From Phaeosaccion multiseriatum (Eukaryota > Protista > Ochrophyta, other classes), in the NCBI GenBank assembly GCA_965112735.1, contig OZ218952.1, positions 2,108,001 through 2,172,000 of the forward strand: DNA of 64,000 nt, written 5' to 3'. Both the position numbers and the translations under genes were made by a program. Shown here in pieces: positions 23,573-36,693 of this stretch; the stretch's first letter is position 1, and each line of letters begins with the position of its first letter. The notes below the pieces were generated by a model, which was not told the DNA's origin, did not search any database, and saw nothing but the letters and a program-made list of their open reading frames with translations.

Positions 23573-24844
23573 ATGGCGGCTATCGACATCAATGTACGTG
23601 CGTACGAAGTATGCCAAGAGCAGTACAGCCCCCCCCCCCCCTTCTCTCCCTTTTGTTCTCCCCCTTCTCTCTCTGTCTCCTTTCTTCACGTATATATGAA
23701 ACTCACTCACCCCCTTATATCCTGCCCTGTCCTCCAGGCACATCGACTGTGTCGTGCCATCATGACTGGAGTATCCGGATCACAGCTTGCGGCGATTGTG
23801 GGGAAGCTCGTCGCCAAGAAGGGCAAAGCAAGCCTGAACCAGCCATTACATGAGAATGGAAGTAGTGCGATGACCATGGCGGCTGAATTTGGTCGGGGAG
23901 ATGTCATGGACATTCTCCTCTCAGCTGGGGCGAGTGCTGATGAGGCGGATCCCGATGGACTCACTCCTCTCTTTTTGGCTTCTCAAGACGGGCACACGCA
24001 TGTGGTACAGCGGCTCATCGCTGCACGGGCAAATGTTAACAGACCTTGGAGCGGGTTCACTCCACTATTTATCGCGTCTCAGAAAGGATTTCTCTCAACG
24101 GTTGAAGCTCTGCTTTCGGGCAACGCACACGTGGATACTGCATGTAACGCGGGATGTACTCCACTGCTGATTGCTTCTCAAAATGGGCACCTTTCAGTAG
24201 TGCAGCGCCTCATCTCAGTCGGACCACGTATCGATCACGTGAATAAGGAGGGACGTACGCCGCTCTTTATGGCGTGTCAGCAAGGGCATACAGCGATAGT
24301 GGACAAGCTCATCTCGGCCGGTGCCGCAGTGTGCATGAGGGATGCCCATGGCCAGACCCCTCTCCATATGGCCTCTGGAGACGGTCACAGTGAAATAGTG
24401 AGGCGCCTTCTCCGTGCTGGTGCGAACATTGACAGTAAGGAGGATCGCATGAGATGCACTCCGCTTCACCTCGCCGCTCAGAATGGGCATGAGGCAGTGG
24501 TGGCCTGTCTTATCGACGCAGGCTCTGCATGTGATACCCTGAACAGGGGCGGCTTTACCCCCCTGCTCTCTGCGGTTTTCTGTGGCCGTGTTGAGAGCGC
24601 TCTGCAGCTCCTCTCAGCAGGAGCATCGCTGGACATTGCCCTGGCATGTGCACACAAGGAAAGCGTAGGCCGTGCGGTCACTGAGCGCCTCCTCGCCACG
24701 GCAAGGGAGCACTTTGCATCGCAGACTGCCCTGGACCTGATGCGCGTAACCGACCCCACTTTTAGCAAGCAGAGGGGCGTACCGCCGCAGGAGAGGGACG
24801 TCCACTCCGAGACCATGGTCGAGGTGGCCTCGGAAATGGCCTGA
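23573..24844 (+). CDS. Ankyrin-repeat protein (about 8 ANK repeats), copy 2; probable intron ~23609-23737
   Basis: GLTPLFLASQDGH, GFTPLFIASQKG, GCTPLLIASQNGH, GRTPLFMACQQGH, GQTPLHMASGDGH and CTPLHLAAQNGH. It has the same E|gt...ag|A junction and the same FASQT..D..R.T.PTF.KQRGVP tail as copy 1. Confidence 0.87.
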   Translation: MAAIDINVRAYEVCQEQYSPPPPFSPFCSPPSLSVSFLHVYMKLTHPLISCPVLQAHRLCRAIMTGVSGSQLAAIVGKLVAKKGKASLNQPLHENGSSAMTMAAEFGRGDVMDILLSAGASADEADPDGLTPLFLASQDGHTHVVQRLIAARANVNRPWSGFTPLFIASQKGFLSTVEALLSGNAHVDTACNAGCTPLLIASQNGHLSVVQRLISVGPRIDHVNKEGRTPLFMACQQGHTAIVDKLISAGAAVCMRDAHGQTPLHMASGDGHSEIVRRLLRAGANIDSKEDRMRCTPLHLAAQNGHEAVVACLIDAGSACDTLNRGGFTPLLSAVFCGRVESALQLLSAGASLDIALACAHKESVGRAVTERLLATAREHFASQTALDLMRVTDPTFSKQRGVPPQERDVHSETMVEVASEMA

Positions 24845-25731
24845 ACATTCGTGACCACAACCGTTTTGCTCGTCAAGGGGCGTGTCTGTCCAGCAGGGAG
24901 GGGTGCGGGCGTGCTCACCGCCAATCCATCCGCACTGAACGGACCACCTACTCACTACTGGAGGTGCCGTGGGGTGGATAGAGGGAAGCCTCGGAGAGGG
25001 GTGAGGCTAACAGTGGGGGTCCCCTTCGTCTTCTCGGAAGGAATGAAGGAGTGAGTGGAGGCAAGGCGGCCACCCCATAACGGCCCTATGCGGCGAGGGG
25101 TGGAGGAGTGGAGCAGATTGCGTGGACTTTGCGGCCCCTTCCCTTGCCCCAGCCACGGTCTGAAATGAAATCGAGTCTCTTGGACACCGACCATCGAAAT
25201 GTTGAAATGTTGAGCCCCCCCTCTCCTTGACTTGAACTTGAAGAGCGAGGGGTAAGTGAGGTCGAATCAAAAATTGAGGAGAAGTCACACTACGAAGTAT
25301 GAAATAATGAAATAATAAACGTTGATCAGTCAGTATTGAGAGGCTGTTTGTTTGTTCGGACTGAATTGAGTCGGACGCCCCCCTCTGCTGCGTCGTTCAC
25401 ACAGCACTCACTCCTCTCCTCTCCACTCTTTGGTACACACACACACATAAATCTAGTATATATATATGAGTGGAGAGAGAGGATAGACCGAAACCAAGAT
25501 TCGTACTAGACTAAAGCCTTAAGCTGTGTGCTCAAACTCTCGACATTGTCCCGGCCTGAGGGAAGGCCGAGAGCCAAGAGCTGAGAACATGAAGGAGCGG
25601 CGGTTTGACTCATCTCATCTCCCGACCCCCATCCTCCTCCTCCTCCACCACCAACACCCCCACCAACACCACCACCAACTCCTCCTCCTCTTCCTCCACC
25701 GCCACCTCTAATTAATCCCGTCCGATCCATC

Positions 25732-25770
<39 letters not shown>

Positions 25771-25935
25771 CTATCCATCCACACATTCCTCGCAGTCGAC
25801 CACCAGTCTCCCTCCCATCTACTCTTAGCGAGCCCTTTGCCCTGCTCCATGGTGGCCAGGTGCCTGACTCCTCTACCTCTCCGATGCTTTGCTCCATGCT
25901 AGCGAAGTAGCGAGGTAGCGAGCCAATGCCATCCT

Positions 25936-27115
25936 CTACTCTTCCATTGAGGCGATACTCTGCTCAATAGTGGCGAGCTGGTCTTTGAGGTCTGCGAGCT
26001 CATTTTTAGTCTTCTCCACCAAAGCGGGAGGGGCCTGAGGGAGGGAGGGAGAGAGAGGACGAGAGGAGAGAGAGAGGGTGAGAGGGAGGGCGAGAGGAGA
26101 GGGAGAGAGGGGGGAGGGAGGGAGCAGAAGAGAGAGAGTGATAGATGGAGTAGAGAGAGGCAAAAGTGACCGTGAGAATGACTCGGAGAGAAGGGAGAGA
26201 GAGAAATGGGCATGAAGATGCATCCTCTCTTCGCTCTCCTCCTCCTCCTCCTCCTCCTCCTCCTCCTCCTCCACTTCTTCTTCTTCTTCTTCAATATACA
26301 ACTCTTCACCCCCGCCCCGCCCCTGCCCTCCTGCACCCACCCACCCACCCATCCACCCATCCGCCCATCCACCCATCCACCCATTAACTTATGCATTGAT
26401 CCCATGTACCCCACCCCACCTTGTCAACAAAGTTCTTGCCCGCCAGTCGCTTCTCCAACCCGTCTGCGTCCTTCCTAATCTTGTCAGCTTGCTTGGCGAG
26501 CCTCGCCCTCTCCTTGGCCAAGTCCACCATGCCCGTCAGAGGCACGTAGGCCTCGAGTCCGTCGGCCACCACAAGATGCACGATGCGCTGTTGGTCAGAG
26601 GAGGGAGGGGCGGCGCCGAGGGGAGCGATGGATACATTCTCCTCCTGTTTCACAGAGGAGGAGTTGGGGTGGGGGGAGGGGGGGAGGACGGAGGAAGAAT
26701 CAATTCGCTTTCAAACCTCCACTTGAGCTCCTTGTGCATGAAGTTACGTAAGGTGATTGCTGAGGTGATGCTGGGCGGGGGAGTCTGACCCCCCGAGTCC
26801 AGGCCGACTGTTTGTCCCACTCTCTCACTCACTCACTCACTCACTCACTCACTCAGTCTCTCACTCATTTTCTCACGCAGTCACTCATTCACTCACTCAC
26901 TCACTCACGCAGTCACTCACTCACGCAGTCACTCACTCACTCACTCACTCACTCACTCACTCACTCCCACTGCCTCCTCCCCTCCCCTCACTCCCTTCCT
27001 CTCTCACCTCCACCCTCCCCACGAGGGACAGCACGGCCTTCTCTGCCTCGAGGTCCGCTCGGAGGGCGTCGTCGCCAACTTGAATGATGACATTCGCAAG
27101 CTTCTTGCTGGGAAC

Positions 27116-27154
<39 letters not shown>

Positions 27155-30100
27155 GGCCGAGTGACAGTGTCAGTACCAGTTGGTGATACAGCAGCATCGG
27201 CAACAGCAGTAGTCATATGGGCAGAAAAACAGAGCATAGGGAGGCGAGGCATGCGTGCGTGCGTGTGCATGACTCAATGACTCCAGAGGAAGGAACAGAG
27301 GGGAGGGTGTGGTATGAACAGGGAAGAGGGTGTCGTCCATCCATTGCCATCCCCGTCCTACTGCCCTCTCTCAACTTTTTATTACCCTCACACCCTCCAG
27401 TGCCATCGACTGCCATCTGCGCCACCCCTCCTTTACCCTCACACCATGTAGTGCCCATCTGCTTCTCTACCCTCCCACCCACTCTCTTGTGGCATATGCT
27501 GCCATTTGGTGCCAACCCTTTTGAAAAAATAGCAAAAGTAGGAAGCGTAACAAAACCTCCCCTTTTTTTCTTCTTCTTCCCCTTTTCTTTTGCTTTTGTG
27601 CCCTCCTCACTCCTCACCTTGTACTCCGCACGTGCGTTGCGCAAGGACTTGACCAACGTCTGCAGCGCCTCAAACCTCTCCACCGCCTGGGCATCCACGG
27701 CAAGCCCTCCCTCTGCTGCCACTGCTCCATCTCTTCCCTCTGCTCCAGCCCCCCCCTCTGCCCCATCCTCCCCCCCGTCTGTAGGCCAGGCGGCTGTCAT
27801 AAGTGCTTCCCCTTCGTGCGGCAGCTGCTGCCACAGAATCTCAGTTATGTAAGGCATGTAAGGGTGCAGCAGACGCAGGCACGTGTCGAAGACGTACACA
27901 AGCACACGGCGAGACTGTTGGGCAGAGGCACCGGAAGGGTCGGCCATACGCGTCTTGCTTGCCTGGTGGGGTGGTGAGGATATGGGTGGGTGGGGTGGGG
28001 GTTTGAGGAGCTGGGGGTGGGTAGGAGGGGGGGGGGAGAGAAAGGGAGAGCGAGAAAGAGAGCGGGAGAGAGAGAGAGGCAGAAGAGAAAGGAAGAGAGA
28101 GAGACAGAGACAGAGATAGAGAGACAGAGAGATCCTTGTCCTCACCTCAAGATACCAGTTAGCGTACTCATCCCACAGGAACTGGTAAATGAGGCTCCCC
28201 GCCTCGGCCATGTTGTAACTCGCCAGCCCCTCCGTCACCTCCGCCGCCAGCCTGTGCACCTTGGACACAATGTAACGCTCGGGAAGGGCCATGGAGGAGA
28301 GCTCGGAGGCAAGCATGGGGCCCTTCACAGCGAGGCTCTCCAGCTCGGACGGAGGAACACCCTGTGGGCAGAGGGAGACGGAGAGAGATGGGGTGAGAGG
28401 GGGAGGAGGATGGAGAGGGGGGGATTCCACGCACGCACATGCAGCATATGCATTTCCACACACACAAACGAAACGCCTTTGTAGGTATACTACAGCCAAG
28501 AGTGTCCCCTCCATCCACTGCCATCCCTGCTTACCTCTAAATTGTTGATGAGGTATCTGCCTGCGTTCCAGAGCTTGTTGGCGAAGTTTCGGTTGGCCTC
28601 CACCTTCTCCATAGACAGGGGGATGTCCTGAGGAAGGAGAGGCAGACGCACAGCAGTTGGTGATACACCGCACGCAGTTGGTCAGCTGGTGATACAGAAG
28701 GATGGCGACGATCACGACGATGGCACAAAGGGAAAGGCCGAGCAGCGCCCATCACGCACTGCACTGCCCTGCTTGTACTGTAATATTATGTAATATTATG
28801 TAATGTTAGCCTCACCTGTCCGGGGGTGACGCCCGTGACGAGCGAGTAGCGCAGCGCGTCCGTGCCGAACTCCTGAAGGAGAGGAGAGCAGAGCAGAGCA
28901 GTTGGTGATCCAGGGAGGAGAGGAGAGGAGAGCAGAGGAGAGGAGAGGAGAGGAGAGGAGAGGAGAGCAGAGCAGTTGGTGATCCAGGGAGAGCAGAGGA
29001 GAGGAGAGCAGAGGAGAGGAGAGGAGAGCAGAGCAGAGCAGGTGGTGATCCAGGGAGAGGAGAGGAGAGGAGAGGGAAGGAGAGGAGAGGAGAGGAGCCA
29101 AAGCATGACAGGAACAGGAGGGGTAAAGAAACGTCGATACTCACTTCACTCATCATTGTCAAATTGATACCACATACTACGAAGCTCCTGATACACACAT
29201 AGTTAACAAAGTCCACGAAAACCGAGCTTTTCTTACAAGCTCTCTCTCTACCTCTCTCATACACATATACACACCTCAATCGTGCCAATGGGGTCGATGA
29301 CGTTGCCCTTGGTCTTGCTCATCTTGGCGCCCTTCGCATCCCGCACAAGCCCATGCAGATAGATGGTCTTGAAGGGGGACTTGCCAGTGAACTCGATGCC
29401 CTGAGGTGAGGGGGGAAAGAGGGTGGGGCGGTGAGCTGTTCTGATACTCATCATCTTGACCATCTTGTCTACCAGCCCCTCCCTCCCTGTCCTGACACTC
29501 AGTACTACACTGTGCTGACCATCCTTGCTACCCAGTCCCTCCTACTACACTGTCCTAACATCCCTCCCTGTCCTGGCACTCATTATTCTACTGTCCTGAC
29601 ACTCACTACTCTACGGTCCTGACACTCACCATCATGACCATCCTTGCAACCCAGAAGAAGAGAATGTCGTACCCAGTCTCGAGGCATGAGGCGGGGTAGA
29701 AGCGGTTCAAGTCACTGAGAGGGTCTGCTTGGGCCTCCTCATTGGGCCACCCCACACTGGCGAAAGGCCACAGCCCAGAGCTGAGGGAGGGAGGGAGGGA
29801 GGGAGTTGAGGACGAGAGGGAGGGAGGGAGAAGGGAGGGAAGGGGTAGAGAGAAGGCGGGAGGGAGGGGGTCAAGGGAAGGAGGGAGGGAATGAAGGAGT
29901 GGCAACAGATGCCCACCCACACACACACACACACCAATCACGAAGCATATCACCAACCCACGAAGGAAAGGGTCACACGGAATGAGCATGATACAGAATG
30001 AAATGTACGAGGGGTTTATGCGGAAGTTGCGGTGAGCTCTCCAACACCCGGCAAGTACCCTCGACGAACGGCAGACCACAGCTTAACCACAGCACAAAGG

Positions 30101-33100
30101 CAGTGTTGTTAAGCGTCTCCAATCCGGGTCAACTACCCCTCGGTCCCCGCGGTGAGGAGACAGGGCCAAGTGCGACACCCCTTGCCATCACCCCCCCTCC
30201 TTAACCTCCAACCCACAGCCGTCCGCTCCCACAAGCTGTGCTTTTCTTCCTTCCTCTTGCTTCTTCTTCGTTGTCTAAAGAGAGAAACAAGGGGAAGGGG
30301 AAGAAAGCGGTGACCCCATCCGGAAGGGCAACCCCCCCCCCCCCCCCAACCACCCCCAACCACCACCACCTCCCTTTTATAACCCCACAGGGTGCCCATA
30401 TTCCCTCAAATGGACAGGGTGCCACCCCATCCTTAGTCCCTTCTCAAGGCCTTTACAGCTTAAATAAAATCATGACCTCCGCCAGGTCCGGTTCACCACT
30501 TTGACTTACTAAGTCCGACTCAGTAAGGCAGTGGGAGATTAGTATTTCAACATCTTTCTTTCTTTCTTTTTTCCCCTTTTGTTCTTTTGTTGTCGTTGTT
30601 TTTGGGGGGGTGGGCGGGGTGTGGAGGTAGGAGGAGGAGAGAGGGAGGGAAGAGGAGGGGCAAACCTAACAACCAGACGAACGACACCACACGGCTATGG
30701 GGCAGGACGGCTGGAGACGAGGAGGGGGGAACGGGGTTGGAGGGAGAGGGCGGGAGTCACCCTCCCCTCCCTCCATGCCAACATGGTCCCTTTGAGTCCC
30801 CTCCCTGCCCCTTGTTGGAGTCTTTCGTCGTGTGTGTGCACTCGAGACGCAACAAGGGGCGGGGAGGGGAAAGTCTTCTCCATGCAGAGGTGTATGGGGA
30901 TTTGAGGGGAGGTTGGTGGGACGAAACGGGTCTGCATCAATCTCGCAAGGACAATGTGCCCCATCGCTCGTAGAGGGGGGCGAGTGACGAGGGTTTCTGT
31001 AAGCCTTGCTTGCATACACAGCCCACCCCACCCCGTCTCTCCCGACCTCACACAAAATATACGCAGACCCAAACAACAAAGCACCAGCGTAAGCCACCCA
31101 CCCTCCCTTCCCTCCCTTCCCTCACTCCCCACTTCCTCTCCTCCTCTCCTCCTCTCCCTCTCTCTCTCTCTCTCTCTCCCTCCCCTCCCTCCCCTCCACA
31201 CCCACACACTCACCTGAACCAGGTATCCAACACATCCTCATCCTGCCTCAGCGGAGCCCCCTCCTTGACCCCCGCCGCTGTGGCTTTCTCTCTCGCCTCT
31301 GCCTCGTTCCTTGCCACAAAGAATCGCTCCTCCCCACCCGTGGACTCATCCCCGTCCGCATACCACACGGGTATGCGATGGCCCCACCACAACTGTCGGC
31401 TGATGCACCAGTCGTGGATGTCACCTAGCCTGTTGTGGTTGTTGGGGGAGGGAGGGTGGCCGTGCGTGTGTGTGCGTGCGTGTGTGTGCGTGCGTGTGTG
31501 TGCGTGCGTGCGTGGGAAAGGCAAGGGTTTAGCGGGAGGATTCTCAGTGGAAAGAGGGCTGCAAGAGGAAGAAAGAGAAGGCTGTACTCTGTCTGTCCAT
31601 AGGCCTCGCTCTGTTCGCTCTGTTCGCTCTCTTCTATTAAATGTACGTAATGCTTCTGTTCTGCCCTGGCCCTGGTCTGCTCTGTACCACCAACTGCTGA
31701 AGTCTGCTCTCACCAATTGTACCACACTTTCTCGAAGCGCTTGGGGATGATCTCAACGTCTCCATCCTCCACCGCCTGATGACATGACACGAGCGCAGCA
31801 AGCACAAGAAATGGTACAAACACCACCATATTATCAATTTAATCCCGTATGAACAAAGAACAAAACAAACAAAAAGAGACATGGGCAGGTAGGCAGACAG
31901 ACAGGCAGGCAGGCAGGTAGGCCGGGAGGGGGACAGGGAGAGGGAGAGGGACGTAGGAGGGAGAGAGGGAGGAAGGTAGGCACCCACACGCACACACCCA
32001 CACACGCACGTGCCCCACACCTACCTTGTAGGCAGCCTTACCCATGCCCTCCATCTTGGCGAACCACTGAGATGACACCAGAGGCTCGATCACCTCCCCA
32101 CTGCGCTCAGAGCGGGGCACGCGCTGCGTGTGGGGCTCCGTCTGGGGAGGGAGGGAGGGAGGGAGGGAAGGAGGGTGGGAGAAGTTGAGTTTGAGTTCAA
32201 GCGTTTAGTGCTGGCCCGGTGGCACACCACACGCACAAAAAATGCACAATTACACACACGTACACACACACACACGCGCGAGTTGCTCACCTTAACTACG
32301 AGTCCCTCCCCCTCCATGTCCTCCCAAAGCTTAGCCCTGCACTCGAAGCGATCCATTCCCGCATAGCGTTCGCCCCCTGCAGCGTTGATGGTGGCGTCTT
32401 TGTTCATGATGTTGATGGTGGGCAGAGAGTGTCTGCAGGGGTGGTGGTGGAGGAGGAGGAGGAAGAGGAGGGGGGGGGGAGGGGAGGACAAGGAGGAGGA
32501 GGAGGAGGAGGAGGAGGAGGACGAGAAGAAGGAGGAAGAGGAGGAGGAGAAGGAGGAGGAGGAGGAGGAGGAGGAGGAGAAGGAGGAGGAAGAGGGGGAG
32601 GAGGAGGAGGAGGAGGAGGAGGAAAAGGAGGAGGAGGAGGAGGAGGAGGAGGAGGAGGAGGAGGAGGAGGAGAAGGAGGAGGAGGAGGAGGAGAAGGAGG
32701 AGGAGGAGAAGGAGGAGGAGGAGAAGGAGGAGGAGGAGGAGGAGGAGGAGGAGGAGGAGGAGGAGGAGGAGGAGGAGATGGTAGTGGGGGTGGGGGAGTG
32801 GGATAGGGTTGGGTTGGGTGGGGTTGGTTCGGTCAAGGTCTTGGTCTGTACCACCAACTCACCCCCACCCCTCTATCTCTTCCTCTCTCTCTCCTCTCTC
32901 TCTTCCTCCCTCTCTCTCTCTCTCTCCCTTCCTCTCTCTCTCTTTCTCTTACTCCCTTTCTCTTCTCTTTTGTCTCTCTCTCCCTCTCTCTCTCCTCTCT
33001 CTCTCTCTCTCCCTTCCTCTCTCTCTCTTTCTCTTACTCCCTTTCTCTTCTCTTTGTCTCTCTCTCCCTCTCTCTCTCCTCTCTCTCTCTCTCTCCCTTC

Positions 33101-33921
33101 CTCTCTCTCTCTTTCTCTTCCTCCCTTTCTCTTCTCTTTCTCTCTCTCTGTACTACAAACTCAAGCACCCTACGAGCGGGGGGCAGACACTTGTCACTTG
33201 TCTTTCCCCCTCCCCATCCACTGCCATCCCCCTCACCTCTTGCCGATCTCGTAGTCGTTAGGATCGTGCCCCGGCGTGATCTTCAGCGCCCCCGTCCCGA
33301 ACTCCATGTCCACATACGTGTCTGTGTGAAATACACATGCAAACAAAACGAAAACAACAGGGAGGGTTCAGTACATGAACCTTTTACTACGTCTGTACCA
33401 CAAACCTTTTAACGATCAAATTTGCCTTACCTGTGATGACAGGGATCTCCCTCCCGCCCGACATGGGCACCACCACAGTCTTGCCCACCAGGTGGCTGAA
33501 GCGAGGGTCCTGCGAAAGCAATATCGGGGGGTGCGTGAGCGGTTTCGGGGGGGAGGGGATGTGGTCAGGCGCCTGCCACACTCGACCCCGACACACCCGC
33601 CAGACACAACCACCTCCCCCAATATGGACATCGGTATATAGATCGATACGGGCATCGATATCGAGATCGATATCTAGATCGATGTGGACATCGATATATA
33701 GATCGATATGGACATCGACATCTAGATCGATATCGACATTGACACATCCACTTACGTCTGGATGCACGCAGACAGCGGTGTCTCCGAGGATGGTCTCGGG
33801 GCGCGACGTGGCCACGGGGATGGACTCATCGGATCCCGACACAGGGTCTTGGGAGAGAGAGAGAGAGAGAGAGAGAGGAAGAGAGAGAGAGGAAGAGAGA
33901 GAGAGGAAAAGAGAGAGAGGA

Positions 33922-33954
<33 letters not shown>

Positions 33955-36693
33955 GTGGGTGAAAGTTGGATGATATAAAGGTAACTGCAAAGCGAGGAAG
34001 GAGCAGAGCTTCTCTTCCTCCTTACACATCCACCACCATCCTCCTCCCCCTCCTCCTACCCTTCCACTGCCATCCTTGTGACCCATCCACTGCCATTCCT
34101 ACTTACATTTGAAGTAGTAGAGCTTTCCCTCCTCCTCGGTGTAGTCCACCTCAAGGTCGCTGATGGCGGTCTGCAGAGCAGGGCTCCAGTTCACCATGTA
34201 GTCACCCTGAGGGGATGGCAGTGGATTGGGACGGGGGGGGTAGTGGATGGGATGGGAGGAGGAGGAGGAGGAGGAGGAGGAGAAGGAGGAGGAAGAAGAG
34301 AGTGAGACGAGGAGGGGAGAAGAGCAAGGGAGAAAAGGAAGGGAAAATGCGACAACACACAAAAGGTTATGAGCGGCACGATGTTCTTTTCTCTCTGTGT
34401 CCCTCTCCCTCTTTTCTCTCCCTCATTTTCTCTCTCTCTACTCTTTCTGTCCACACTCTCTCTGTACGCAAAACTGCATGTATGTATGCATATCCCTCCC
34501 CCCACCCCCTTCCTCGCTCTCCCCCACCCCCTCCCCTCCCCCCAGCACACCAACCTTGTAGATGAGTCCCTTGTCATGCAGCCTCACAAAGGCTTCTGTA
34601 ACCGCCGCGCTCATGTCCGGCTCCAGCGTGAACCTCTCTCTGGACCAGTCCGCGCTGGCTCCAAGGAGGCGCATCTGCTCAATGATGTAACCGCCCTTCT
34701 CCTCCTTCCACTGCCACGTTCGTTCCAGGAACTTTTCTCTGCCCATCTCCTTCCTGGTCTCCGTCAATCCATCCCGTTCACAACATCCACGCATCCACGT
34801 ATGGTTCAATGAATGAATGAATGAATGAATGAATGAATGAATGAATGAATGCATGCATGAAGTGATCAATCAGCAGAGCATGGAGGTAGGTGGGTGGGTG
34901 GGTGGGTGGGTTGGTACGTAAGTTGGTACGCAAGTCAGGTGTTAAGTAAGGTGTCCGCCCAAAGGACAGGGGCGGCGCGGGGAGGAGGAGACAGGTGGGT
35001 GGGTAGGTGGGTACGTTAAGTGGTTCATGTGTCCGGCCAAGGAGGGGGAGGGGCTAGGGGGATAGGCAGGTGATGGACGGGTGGTAGAAATCGGTGGGTG
35101 TTCGGCAGGAGAGGTGGGAGCAGTCAGTGGTGAGAGAAGGCAGTAGTCAGAGGAGGAGAAGGAAGTGAGGAAGGAAGGAGGGAAGAGCCTTGACTGCAGC
35201 GAGGAGATCAGGCAGCATAGGAGATTGGTGGTCACAAAAGGGTGGAGAGAGTTTCTCCCACGTACACTCACACGCCCACACCCATACACACACACACTGG
35301 AGTGAGTGAGTGAGTGAGTGAGTGAGTTGGTCAATTGGGGTTGGTTGTTGATGCGCTGAGGTCTTGAGAGGCGCACGCACCTGTCCAGTCCCTCCTTGGC
35401 GAGCTCTCTCTCCACCAGCATTTGGGTGGCGATGCCCGCGTGGTCGGTGCCCGGGAGATACAGGGTCGGCTCTCCCTTGAAGGAGCGAGGGGGAGGGGAG
35501 GAAGGGTAGGAGGGGTGGGGATAAATGGAAAATAGCCCTTCATCGGAGGCAGTCCTTTCACATCCACTCTCTTTGTACAACAACAAACAAACAAACAAAC
35601 TACCGCCAACCCACCTCCTCACGCAAAGTCATCTCTCTACCTCCCTCCCCCCCTCCTCTCTCGCCCCAGCTTTCCCTCATTTGACTTCTGAAAGATGACC
35701 TCACTCGATCACTTACTCCCTTACCCTCATTCGATGGAACCTCGCAAGAATGTCCTGCAGCGCCACAAACATGGCGTGGCCCATGTGAAGACTGCCCGTC
35801 ACATTGGGAGGGGGCATGGGCAGCACGTAGGACTGCTTGGAGGGGTGGGCAGGGGCAGGCTTGAACATGTCACGCTGCTCCCACCAGGCGTACACCTTCT
35901 TCTCTACCGACGCAAAGTCGTACTGGAGTGGGGACAGGGTTAGGGGGGGTTGGAGTGAGTAGGAGGGGAGGAAGGAAGGCACAGCGAGCGAGGAGTCGGC
36001 TTGAGCCAGACGAAGGGGGCGGGGAATTTTGCAGGAGAGGGGCCGAAGGGGAGCGAAAGACCAAAGAGAAAGAGAAATGTTAAACCCCTCTTCCTGCCTG
36101 CCCTTTCTCACACCACGACGAACCTGTGTAGGGATCTGTCCGTCTTTGTCCAGAATGGACGGGAGTTCCGGCCGAGAAGAAGATGAATCGCCAGCTGCTG
36201 CTGCCGTGGCCTCGCCCGGCTGCGTGGCGGTCGCGGTGGACGATGAGGAGGAGGAGGATGACCGAAGCGCGCTTCTCGCCACCCAGTTGGAGCTGTCTAC
36301 CCCTCGGCGGGCGGTGAACCCAGTGCTGCTGCTGCTGCTGCTAATAAAAGACAGGGATCGACTCCTGCTGCTGTTGCTGGCGCTGACGCTGCTGCTGCTG
36401 CGGCTGTGTGGCGCCGCTGTCCTCGCTGCTGCAGTGCCCAAAGGTCGGACCAACAGCGCTGTACCGGATCTCAGCTGGGCCAGGACCAGCGCAGTTCCTG
36501 CCAGAGCTCCCATCGCTCTACTGCTGTTGGGCCTTGACCTGTCTCTCCGGCTGCTCCTGCTGCTGTGGAAGGTAAGCGCGGTGCTCTCGCTACAGCCTTC
36601 GCCAAAGGCAGCTGTACTACTTGATGCGACTGCTACAGCCGCGAACACGGGGGCTGCTCCTGCCGATGGAGCTTCCCGTCCTCTCCGTCCCAT
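25936..36693 (-). CDS. VARS: Valyl-tRNA synthetase, organellar/bacterial type, many exons
   Basis: [15 protein letters not shown] (HIGH), [51 protein letters not shown]|[32 protein letters not shown] (KMSKS), RNFANKLWN and a C-terminal coiled coil ending [13 protein letters not shown]...SMEE*. It has a long S/R/A-rich presequence and the start codon is uncertain (36693 or 36513). Confidence 0.95.
32450..32776. repeat. (GAG)n triplet microsatellite in a ValRS intron
   Basis: Directly visible. Confidence 0.9.

Noticed and set aside
24842-24844. Selenocysteine or read-through at the TGA aligned to TGG in the paralogue
   Set aside because: No SECIS or catalytic context is evident; a nonsense substitution is simpler.
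32090-33261. Poly-E, poly-S, poly-G, PSLP, THSL and VCLS ORFs here and throughout the ORF track
   Set aside because: Translations of intronic microsatellites.
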